From positions 45,508,001 to 45,572,000 of the forward strand of contig OX597821.1 of the NCBI GenBank assembly GCA_951406725.2: DNA of 64,000 bases, given 5' to 3'. The position numbers and the translations under genes were made by a program. Positions 12,033 through 22,674 of the stretch are shown here, in pieces (position 1 is the first letter of the stretch; each line of letters opens with the position of its first letter). The stretch comes from Octopus vulgaris. Lineage: Eukaryota. The notes under the pieces were generated by a model that had not been told where the DNA came from, searched no databases, and worked only from the letters and a program-made list of their open reading frames with translations.

Positions 12033-14637
12033 CATATATCTAATATTATATTTTTATTTTTATGTTTTTGTTTTTGGTTTTTTACTGTTTCATTTCCCTA
12101 TTAGTGGTTTTATCTCTAATTTAATTTCTACAGCGTGCACACACACACCTATATGTGGCCCCAGTACACCCGAATGAAATTGGGTTCTCTTCATCAAAAT
12201 GTGAAAAGGGGTCTACAATTATCATCGCCACAACTTATGTATGTCTTCCTCACTCACTCACTCTTTTTCCTAATGATAATTATCATCGCCACCACCAACA
12301 CCACCAACACACAATCATGACAATCTTTCTCTTAAAACAAATCATGTTTACATTGCAAAATATTTCATTTTCCCGTCCTCTCTTTCATATATCACCTTTT
12401 CTTTCTCGAGCTCTCTCTTTTTTCGCCGTTTCTATTTATTCTACAACGAGTCTATCAATGACAGCCGCAAAAGTTTCAATATTCCTACTTCACCTCTTTC
12501 AGAAACGCAACAGATATTATTTTTTTTGCCGGGGTTAAAGCCCACTACATCCCGTCGGATTCACTCCAAAATTTACACCTCTTTCTACCTCTAACTCCCA
12601 TTCAATTTCTCTTTATCTCCATTCTTAAAGATAATTATCATCGCCACCACACCCACCAACACACAATCTGGACAATCTTTCTCTTAAAACAAATCATGCT
12701 TACATTGCAACGACGGCTGCCACCTCCGCCGTCTCTATTTATTCTGCAAATGACCAGAACTCGGGAAACTTGGTTTAGTATTCTATGGTCTATGACCAGA
12801 ACTCGGGAAACTTGGTTGAGTGTTCTATGGTCTATGACCAGAAGTCGGGAAACTTGGTTGAGTGTTCTATGGTCTATGACCAGAAGTCGGGAAACTTGCT
12901 TGACTGTTCTATGGTCTATGACCAGAACTCGGGAAACTTGCTTGACTGTTCTATGGTCTATGACCAGAACTCGGGAAACTTGGTTGAGTGTTCTATGGTC
13001 TATGACCAGAACTCGGGAAACTTGCTTGACTGTTCTATGGTCGATGACCAGAACTCGGGAAACTTGCTTGAGTGTTCTATGGTCTATGACCAGAACTCGG
13101 AAACTTGCTTGACTGTTCTATGGTCTATGACCAGAACTCGGGAAACTTGGTTGAGTGTTCTATGGTCTATGACCAGAACTCGGGAAACTTGCTTGACTGT
13201 TCTATGGTCTATGACCAGAACACGGGAAACTTGGTTGAGTGTTCTATGGTCTATGATCAGAACTCGGGAAACTTGGTTGAGTGTTCTATGGTCTATGACC
13301 AGAACTCGGGAAACTTGGTTGACTGTTCTATGGTCTATGACCAGAACTCGGGAAACTTGGTTGAGTGTTCTATGGTCGATGACCAGAACTTGGGAAACTT
13401 GCTTGACTGTTCTATGGTCTATGACCAGAACACGGGAAACTTGCTTGACTGTTCTATGGTCTATGACCAGAACTCGGGAAACTTGGTTGAGTGTTCTATG
13501 GTCTATGACCAGAACTTGGGAAACTTGCTTGACTGTTCTATGGTCTATGACCAGAACTTGGGAAACTTGGTTGAGTCCTCATCTTATAAAATGTGGCCCC
13601 AGTAGACCCAAATGAAATCGGGTTATATTAACCAAAATGTGAAAAGGGGTCTAAATGGGGCTGGAAGGGGATTCAAATTTAAAGGAGCGGGTGTTTAGCA
13701 ATTCTCTGTTACAGCAAGCTAAAAAATTTGCGCCAGCCTTTTAATCGTCAATGTGTTGCCGTCCATGATAAAGAACTTTTGAATGCTTGCCATGGTGAGT
13801 CTACTGTCGTGAGAAAGAATCACTTCAAAACTTGGTGTTTACGAATTTTCTTATACATCAAGTTCAAAATTTTACGCCAGCCGTTAAACTGTCACTACGT
13901 TGCTGTCCGTCGTTAAGAAATGCCAGCCATGGTGACTCTACTATCCTCAGATTCTATCCCTTCAAACTTTAGTTTCCAATATTTTATTATTTTTCTTCAG
14001 CTCGCAAGTTCGTCTGTCCCTTTTAAATGTTAGTGTTTTGCTGTCTGCCTTGAAGCAGACCTTTCCATTGTTACTGCCTGATATTTATGATTGATCTTTC
14101 TAAATATTTTATTTCTCAACTTACTCAAGATCTTCTGTTGTTTATAAATGGGAGAGAGATAGATAAAGATAGAGAGTAAGAGGAAGCGAGGGAGGGTCCG
14201 AGAGAAAGGAAGAGTAAGAGAGTGGGAAAGTGAGAGAGAAAGGAGAGAGAAACAAAGAGGGAGAATCATCATCATCGTTTAACGTCCGTTTTCCGTGCTA
14301 GCACGGGTTGGACAGTTTGACAGGGGTCTGGGAAGCCAGGAGGCTGCACCAGGCTCCAGTCTGATCTGGCAGTGTTTCGACAGGTGGATGCCTTTCCTAA
14401 CGCCAACCACTCTGTGAGCGTAGTGGGTGCTTTTTTCGTGCCGCCTGCACAGGTGCCAGGGTGGCTGGCAGCGGCCACGATCGGTTGGTGCTTTTTACGT
14501 GCCACCAGCACAGAAGCTAGTCAAGGCGGCGCTGCAATCCGCCACGTTCGGATGGTGCTTTTTACGTGCTGAAAGGAAGCAACAGAAAGTAACAACCACA
14601 CTCTTACCCGCGCGTAGAGCGGGTCACCTTCAGCTAG
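11679..14637 (+). mobile_element. Non-autonomous Helitron, copy 1 (contains 42-bp array and captured RTE-type tail)
   Basis: Ends with hairpin acccgc-gcgtaga-gcgggt (14606-24), then CTAG (14634-37). 11679-11950 and 13577-14440 are duplicated in copy 2. The 5' boundary is uncertain. Confidence 0.65.
12749..13577. repeat. 42-bp minisatellite, ~20 copies
   Basis: Unit tatgaccagaactcgggaaacttggttgagtgttctatggtc with few variants. Confidence 0.95.
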
Positions 14638-15454
14638 TCTATATATAAAACTGAAATGCGTTTTTACCGCTTGGATCGCTTTCAATGCCACTACATCCCA
14701 TCCGATTCGCTCCAAAATTTACAGGGACATGTAGAATGAGGTGACGATGCTCGTGGGTTACCTTAGAAATCCCTATCTTAAAAAGTGTGGTTGCTAGGGG
14801 CCATCTTCCTCACTCACGCTATTTCCTCCTTTCCCTCTCTTACTCCCCTTCATATATAACTTTGAGAGTTCCACTACCGTTATTTAAAGTATCTGTCACT
14901 CTCGCTATTTCCTCTCTTTTTTCACTGACTCTGTTTCCTAGCTTCCCATCACTTCGGCGGCGTTCTTTTAAGTATCTGTCTGTCACCAACAAACAACACA
15001 CGAGCATGAGAACAAATATTATGAATCAGATATTCTTGCGTTCATTTATATGTGTGTGTGTGTGTGTGTGTGTTCTATATATAAATATGTATATATAATG
15101 TATGTGTGTGTGTGTGTTCTATATATAAATATGTATATATAATGTATGTGTGTGTGTTCTATATATAAATATGTATATATAATGTATATATACAAAGTGC
15201 ATATATCTGTATTTATGTATATTAAACTTTTTCATACTTTTTCAGTTATATATATTTTTAAACAAATTATAAATATAATTTGATAATTTTTATTTTCAAT
15301 TTAAATAATTTAAATTTTATATTTTATATATTTTCTATATTATATATTTTTTTATGTTTTTGTTTTTGGTTTTTCACTGTTTGATTTGCCTATTAGTGGT
15401 TTTATCTCTAATTTAATTCATACAGATATATATCTCATTTGTATATATAATGCG

Positions 15455-15488
<34 letters not shown>

Positions 15489-16500
15489 GATATATACATA
15501 TATAATGTGTGCATTACGTAGTCGGTCGATTCAGCTGAAAATATGCACACCTATGTTAAAAGTGCTGGCAAGTTTGCATGACAACTATTTTTTTCCTCAA
15601 ATGAAAGGCGTCACCTCTAGGACAAAATTCCTCATCTTATAAAATGTAGCCCCAGTAGACCCGAATGAAATCGGGTTATATTAACCAAAATGTGAAAAGG
15701 GGTCTAAATGGGGCTGGAAGGGGATTCAAATTTAAAGGAGCGGGTGTTTAGCAATTCTCTGTTACAGCAAGCTAAAAAATTTGCGCCAGCCTTTTAATCG
15801 TCAATGTGTTGCCGTCCATGATAAAGAACTTTTGAATGCTTGCCATGGTGAGTCTACTGTCGTGAGAAAGAATCACTTCAAAACTTGGTGTTTACGAATT
15901 TTCTTATACATCAAGTTCAAAATTTTACGCCAGCCGTTAAACTGTCACTACGTTGCTGTCCGTCGTTAAGAAATGCCAGCCATGGTGACTCTACTATCCT
16001 CAGATTCTATCCCTTCAAACTTTAGTTTCCAATATTTTATTATTTTTCTTCAGCTCGCAAGTTCGTCTGTCCCTTTTAAATGTTAGTGTTTTGCTGTCTG
16101 CCTTGAAGCAGACCTTTCCATTGCCACTGCCTGATATTTATGATTGATCTTTCTAAATATTTTATTTCTCAACTTACTCAAGATCTTCTGTTGTTTATAA
16201 ATGGGAGAGAGATAGATAAAGATAGAGAGTAAGAGAAAGCGAGGGAGAGTCCGAGAGAAAAGAAAAGTAAGAGAGTGGGAAAGTGAGAGTGAAAGGAGAG
16301 AGAAACAAATACGGAGAATCATCATTAGCATCATCGTTTAACGTCAATTTTCCGTGCTAGCACGGGTTCGACAGTGTGACCGTGGTCTGGGAAGCCAGGA
16401 GGCTGCACCAAGCTCCAGTCTGATCTGGCAGTGTTTATACAGGTGGATGACCTTCCTAACGCCAACCACTCTGTGAGTGTAGTGGGTGCTTATTTCGTGC
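14638..16500 (+). mobile_element. Non-autonomous Helitron, copy 2 (3' truncated)
   Basis: Begins TCTATATATAAAACTGAA directly after the CTAG of copy 1. 15630-16500 is near-identical to 13577-14440 (offset ~2053). Confidence 0.7.
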
Positions 16501-16502
16501 CA

Positions 16503-17215
16503 TGAGACGAGTCCGAGTCCGAGACGAGACGAGTCCGGTCCGGTCCGGTCCGGTCCGGTCCGGTCCGGTCCGGTCCGGTCCGGTCCGGTCCGGTCCGGTC
16601 CGGTCCGGTCCGGTCCGGTCCGGTCCGGTCCGGTCCGGTCCGGTCCGGTCCGGTCCGGTCCGGTCCGGTCCGGTCCGGTCCGGTCCGGTCCGGTCCGGTC
16701 CGGTCCGGTCCGGTCCGGTCCGGTCCGGTCCGGTCCGGTCCGGTCCGGTCCGGTCCGGTCCGGTCCGGTCCGGTCCGGTCCGGTCGGTCCGGTCCGGTCC
16801 GGTCCGGTCCGGTCCGTCGGTCGGTCCGGTCGGTCCGGTCCGGTCCGGTTCGGTTCGGTTCGGTTCGGTTCGGTTCGGTTCGGTTCGGTTCGGTTCGGTT
16901 CGGTTCGGTTCGGTTCGGTTCGGTTCGGTTCGGTTCGGTTCGGTTCGGTTCGGTTCGGTTCGGTTCGGTTCGGTTCGGTTCGGTTCGGTTCGGTTCGGTT
17001 CGGTTCGGTTCGGTTCGGTTCGGCTCGGCTCGGCTCGGTTCGGTTCGGTTCGGTTCGGTTCGGTTCGGTTCGGTTCGGTTCGGTTCGGTTCGGTTCGGTT
17101 CGGTTCGGTTCGGTTCGGTTCGGTTCGGTTCGGTTCGGTTCGGTTCGGTTCGGTTCGGTTCGGTTCGATTCGATTCGGTTCGGTTCGGTTCGGTTCGGTT
17201 CGGTTTTCGGTTCGG
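16503..17215. repeat. GC-rich pentanucleotide satellite: (CCGGT)n switching to (TCGGT)n
   Basis: Seen directly; switch near 16848. Confidence 0.97.
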
Positions 17216-17221
17216 TAAAGT

Positions 17222-18260
17222 AAAAAAGGAAAATTATCATTTCTTATATTTATTTGTTTATGTTATGATTTTATTCCATAAACCCAGACTTCGTGGACAC
17301 CCTAAAATTGCTTTGATTAAAACCCTTTCAACATGGAAGTATCCAAGGAGCATTTAAGGCACATATAATTCTCTATGAGTACAATAAAGGTAACTCTGCA
17401 GCCGAAGTGACTCGAAACATACACTCAGTTTATGGCAAAGTGCTCGAATGAAAGAACTTGCAGGAGATCGTCTGCAAAATTGAAGATGAATATCGAACAG
17501 GATGTCCAGTTGAGTTTGACAAGCTCCTTGAGGCATTACTTGAAGAAAATCCGTCATTATCAGTTGAAGAATTGGCAATAAAGCTTACTTCAAACCATAC
17601 AACAGTTCATCGTCATCTTCAACAACGTGGAAAGATTCCTAAACTTGGAAAATAGGTGCCTTATGTATTGTCCGAAAGCAACCGCAAATCCAGAGTTGGC
17701 ATCTGCTCTTCTCTCCATTCTCGCAAACTCATTTCACCCTTTTTCGATAGACTTGTGATGAAAAATGGATTTTCTATCGAAATGTTAGACGTCGTAAACA
17801 GTGGCTTGGTAAAAGGGAAAAATCTCAACCACAACCGAGAAGGGAACTTCATGGGAAAAAGGTTCTACTCTCTATCTGGTGCGATTGCAAAGGCGTAATT
17901 CACTTTATATTGTTGCCACCTAATGCAACAATCAATGCTCAAGTCTACTGTCAGCAATTAGAGCGTTTGAACCAAGCTTTGAAGGAAAAGAGAGCCGCTT
18001 TAGTGAGTCGAAAACGAGTGATGTTTCATCAGGACAATGCGCAACCCCACATTGCAAAGATCACATCACAGAAGATCGAAGGGGTCGGTTTGGAAAAATT
18101 TCTTCATCCAACTTATTCTCCCGACCTTACTCCTTCAGGATACCATTTGTTTCATAGTTTACAGAATTAGTAGGAGGATACAACTTTCGCAAGCCAGGGG
18201 AGGTCGAACCTGACATTTCAGAGTTCTTCGCTTTGAAACCTAAAGAGTCATTGGCGAAAA
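17222..18260 (+). mobile_element. Degenerate mariner (DD34D) transposon
   Basis: Fragments GCPVEFD, TVHRHLQQRGK, MFHQDNAQPH, HPTYSPDLTPSGYHLF; several frameshifts; TIRs not found. Confidence 0.9.
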
Positions 18261-18640
18261 TATATTTAAGACAGACGATAAAAGTTCTATTTCTTACAAA
18301 ATATTTTGTTACTAACACCGTACAAATTATTTTTATCTTTTACACCTTATGCAAAATTTATTTCGCTTTCTAGTGATGCAGACAATAACCATTTTTATAC
18401 AACTTGAAGAATTCTAATGCTAAATATAATTTTAATGGAGATAACCTGCAGTATATAGTACAACATTTCTGTCTCCGTATATGAGACAAGTATTAATAAA
18501 ATGTGGTATACGATAAAAAATTTCGGATATTTGTCTTAAAACATTCAGACAAGAAAAGTCAGATCTAGCACATGAGGTATTATTCCATACGAATATCCAC
18601 ATATTTATATTAAGAATTTCATGATAAAAATATAGAAATA

Positions 18641-19208
18641 TTGGGTTGTCCGGAAAGTTCTTGCCGATTTATAGCAGCTTATCTTTCGACTTATTTTAGA
18701 AAAATGTTTGAGTCCATAAAATAGGATTTGACTACACCTCCATTTGGAGCACAGTTTAATCTATCTTTTCGTGGAAGAAGGTTTATGTTCCAATAACCTG
18801 TGTTAATTCTGTAACCCTTTAAATTAAAAAGATGAGAAAAATTCATAATCGGCATTTGATGCTTTGGGAACCAGACAAAAATTGCTGCAGCTTGGCTGGG
18901 GTGACTTACCCCACCCTCCATATTCACCAGATATTACTCCTTCGGATTTCCACTTATTCAGGTCTCTGCAGAATAGTGTTAATGGTGAAAATTTCAATTC
19001 CTTAGATGACGTAAAAAGATACCTTGATGAATTATTTGCCTTGAAACTACCCCAATTCTGGGAAGAGGGTATTTTTAAGGTAAAGGTAAGATGGAGACGT
19101 ATTATGCAACGAAATGGTTCAGATTTGGTTCATTAAAAATGTAATGGCAAGTATTTAGTGACCATGTACTTTCCTTTAAAATCAGAACGAACTTTCCGGA
19201 CAACCCAA
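18641..19208 (+). mobile_element. Internally deleted mariner
   Basis: TA|ttgggttgtccggaaagttc ... gaactttccggacaacccaa|TA. Encodes LPHPPYSPDITPSDFHLFRSLQN. Confidence 0.92.
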
Positions 19209-19635
19209 TATAAACATAACAATGAAATATGAATATAAACATGAAAAATTAAAACCTAAATTGAAAGAGGCGATTAAAATTTTTTCCTAACCTGCAGCCG
19301 TTTGAAGTACGAAGTATTCGAAATTCGGCCCTCCTTCCTCAGGGTTCCTTTCTCGCGGTAAAATCCAGCAGAAAGCAGTAAGGCACTACATGAAGAGTAT
19401 TCAGTTGGTGAAAGTTCAGTTTTTGAGTATCTATGAATATGAATCAGTGTCATTATATCACATCCTTGTATCAGTGATTTTTTATTACCCACTAGGGGCT
19501 ACATAGAGGGGACGTTACAAACATTGGGGACATAGAACATCACAATTACATATATATGGGCAAAATGAAATATGAAAAATGATATATGAAAGCGATGCCG
19601 ACGGCCCCATCCGTCAGCATCACTTACCTGTCCTT

Positions 19636-20877
19636 TCACCCATTTCCAATTAGCATTCCTTGCTTACCTATCACAACGTTCATTTTTCTTTCAGCCCTCT
19701 CTATCAATTCATCCTTCATTTGCACTGACTTCCAACACACACCCTCTTCCTCAAACCTTCTCACCAATAAGCCCATATCATCACCATCCACAGCCGTGTA
19801 ATTACAATCTTCATGTTCGTACCAATTGCTTAACACCCCTTTTGCGTTTTGTGTGTCTTTCCCATTTATAACACATAAAAAGTGGGTCTTGGGACTTTCT
19901 TTGTTCTGTGTGTCTGTTTTTGCTTTTCTTGTAGGCGGGGAGTGGGTGGAATCACTGTTTGCAGGGGAAGGATGGGACTCCAAGGGTGTGGGTGGTGTTG
20001 GGGTGGGTTGGGGCTTCGCACAGTTTTTCTTTTTCTTTCTTTTTCTCTTCTTTCTGCCTTCTTCCCACTCTTGCTGCATCTCCTCTTCTTCTGTCGTTTC
20101 CTTTTCTGTTTGGTTCTCTTTAGTTTCTTCCTCTTTTGGGGCTTCAGCAACGATTTCCTTTTCCTTTGGTGGGGGAGGGCAGTAGGCTCTTATGTGACCC
20201 CTCAGGCCACACTTATAGCACCTGGGCGCCCTACCCTCCACCCACACTCTCATAATAATATTCCCAGTTATTATGCTGCCCGTCAGCTTTTCTATTACTT
20301 CCGTCTCCGTCTGTATGTTCATGTCTAATGTGGCACCTCTCACGCCTTCATATTTCATAATGGCGTGGAGGATGTCCACTCTATCTTCGTTTCCTTTGAT
20401 TACCGCGGCCGTTATATATTCGCCCTCTAGGTGTGGAGGTATTCCCTCCACCCTAATTCTGGTGGTCCTTCTATTTAAATACGAGGGGAACAAGTAAATT
20501 TTTTCCGTCCTCACCACCTTGGCTGCTATATTCCTGGCAACTTTCTCGCTTCTAAATTGTACCGTTATAGTTCCATATTCTAATCCTCTTGTCAGGTACA
20601 CGATTTCTTCTCCTGTCTGTTTCAGAGCCTCTTCAATTGCTTCCATATTAATTATTTCCATTTTTCTTCCTCCATTCATATATACTTTATATTTAATGGT
20701 TCTACGATTGAGCCAGTCTCCGCGCCCTGCTGGAGGCAACTGCTCGACCTCTCCGTTCTCCTCCTCCTTCATAAACTCCTGGAAGCCCGGCAACTTAGCC
20801 AGGTCTATCTCTTTTTCTGTTGACTTCTTCGTTATTCTTGCGTAGGTGCTTTCCATCTTTTCCACCGCTCTCTCCAA
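19636..20877 (-). CDS. Gag-like / LINE ORF1-like protein (RRM-like region + CCHC zinc knuckle), element A
   Basis: Uninterrupted 413-codon frame with CYKCGLRGHIRAYC (CX2CX4HX4C), acidic and basic tracts. First in-frame ATG near 20856. Clear paralog in element B. Confidence 0.8.
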   Translation of the reverse strand: MERAVEKMESTYARITKKSTEKEIDLAKLPGFQEFMKEEENGEVEQLPPAGRGDWLNRRTIKYKVYMNGGRKMEIINMEAIEEALKQTGEEIVYLTRGLEYGTITVQFRSEKVARNIAAKVVRTEKIYLFPSYLNRRTTRIRVEGIPPHLEGEYITAAVIKGNEDRVDILHAIMKYEGVRGATLDMNIQTETEVIEKLTGSIITGNIIMRVWVEGRAPRCYKCGLRGHIRAYCPPPPKEKEIVAEAPKEEETKENQTEKETTEEEEMQQEWEEGRKKRKRKKKKNCAKPQPTPTPPTPLESHPSPANSDSTHSPPTRKAKTDTQNKESPKTHFLCVINGKDTQNAKGVLSNWYEHEDCNYTAVDGDDMGLLVRRFEEEGVCWKSVQMKDELIERAERKMNVVIGKQGMLIGNG

Positions 20878-21203
20878 CTCCTCCTCAGATGTCGACGAAA
20901 TTTCAGAGAAATTTCTCCTTCCATCTCATCCGTTTGGTAGAGGCGGCTCATAGTCGCCTCAGACCGAAAAACGGCCTCCCGAACTGAAACAGTGCGACAC
21001 ACAGAACCAGTGCGACGCGAAACCGCACCAACCGACGTTCAAAATTCCACAACATGATTCTTTATTACCCACCAGGGGGTGACACAGAGGGACACCACAA
21101 GACATGGGGACATAGAACATTACAATTAAATTTATGAAAAATGAGTTATTACATGAAAATAATGATAATATGAAAGCGATGCTAAAGGCCCCATCCGTTA
21201 GCA

Positions 21204-22468
21204 TCACTTACCTGTCCTTTGGTTTTCACTGTCACTTAAATGTTCATTCCCGATACGAAGACCTTCCATATCCATTCTTACTCCGAAATACTCCTCCATT
21301 TTTTCCACGAATTCATCGCTCATTCTTGTATCTTTCACCTCCCAATTCTCCCTTTCACACCTCAACACAAACTCATCTATTTTCTTTTTCTCAATCACTG
21401 CATATCTGGTCTCACCTATTTCATACCATTTATACTCTTCCATTACCCTTTTAACTTCTTTCTGTTCAGTCATAGTACAAATGTACGGCCTGGGTTCGAT
21501 TTCAATCTCTTGTCTGTCTGTATTATTTTTTTTCTTTTGTTTTCTTGTTGGAGGGGAGCGGGTGGGTTCACTGTCTGCAGGGATAGGGTGGGTCTCAGAG
21601 GGTGTGGGTGGTGTTGGGTGGATTGGTGTTCTATGTTATTTTCTTTTCCTCGTATTCTCCTCTTCCTCTTATTCCCAGCTTCTTTCCATTTCTGTGAATT
21701 CTCTTCTTCTACTGTCTCCTTCTCCTCTAGTTTCTGCTTCTCTCTCTGTGGTTCGGAATCCATTTCTTTCACTGGGGGAGGGCAGTAGGCTCTTATGTGA
21801 CCCCTCAGGCCACACTTGTAACAACGTGGAGCTCTGCCCTCCACCCACACTCTCATGATCACGTCTCCCAATCTGATGCTTTCCGCCAGGTCCACCAGCA
21901 CATCGTTCTCTGCCTGCACGTTCAGTTCCACTGTTACGCCTCTCCAGCCCTCGGTCTTAACCGAGGCATGGAGAATATCCACTTCCTCCTCGTGGCCGCT
22001 GATCACAGCCGCCACAATCCACTCGGCCTCAACGTTTGGTGGCACTCCCTCGACCCTTACTCTAGTAATTCTTCTTTTTAGATACGTAGGCAAAAGTGTT
22101 ACCTTCTCGGATTTTACCGCCTTTGCCGCCATCTTCCTTGCTGCATTCTCACTTTTAAACTGTACCACTACAGTTCCATACTTTGATCCTCGAGTCAGAA
22201 AATTAATCTCCTTTTCCGTTCTTCTTAGCGCCTCCTCTATCCACTCCATGTTTACAACTTCTATCTTCTTCCTTTCGCTTGCGAACACCCTGTATATGAT
22301 GGTCCTTTTATCGTACCATTCTTTTCTCTTGGGTGTCGGTGCTAGTTCGACCTCACCGCTGTCCTTCTTCATATATTTCTGGTAACTTGGCAGCTTGGCC
22401 AAGTCCACCCCTTTCTCTTCCGCCTTCCTGGTCACTCCGGCATAGGTATAACCCAGCTTCATTCCCAC
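21204..22468 (-). pseudogene. Gag-like ORF1 protein, element B, one frameshift near 21620
   Basis: Shares IMRVWVEGRAPRCYKCGLRGHIRAYCPPP with A. The C-terminal segment 21204-21473 resembles A's C-terminus but lies in another frame. Confidence 0.8.
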
Positions 22469-22674
22469 TAACTTAAATTCTGAGAGGTAAACGGTTTCAT
22501 TAAATCTCTAGTGCCAGTTTAGCATACAGTAAATGTGGCCATTTACAATTTAGTATCCTATCTGTTGCCAATTCTAGACCATAGCTCTAACCCTCACATA
22601 AACCATAACAAGGCATGCACACAATGTAAACAAAAACAGAAACACAACCAAATAAAGAGTAAATCAATTTTAAT

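Larger units (their letters stand above)
19476..22480 (-). mobile_element. Two head-to-tail ORF1-only non-LTR-type elements (A ~19476-21054, B ~21055-22480)
   Basis: Each ORF is followed by a conserved ~150-nt 3' UTR ending gtgggtaataaa(g/a)aatca. No RT ORF. Confidence 0.7.

Noticed and set aside
12696-13615. Repeat-protein ORFs / CRISPR-like array
   Set aside because: Contiguous 42-bp units with no unique spacers; a 1-bp deletion near 13100 shifts frames; eukaryotic context.
16344-17240. 238-298 aa ORFs (RTEPN/SGPVR)
   Set aside because: Artefact of stop-free pentamer repeats.
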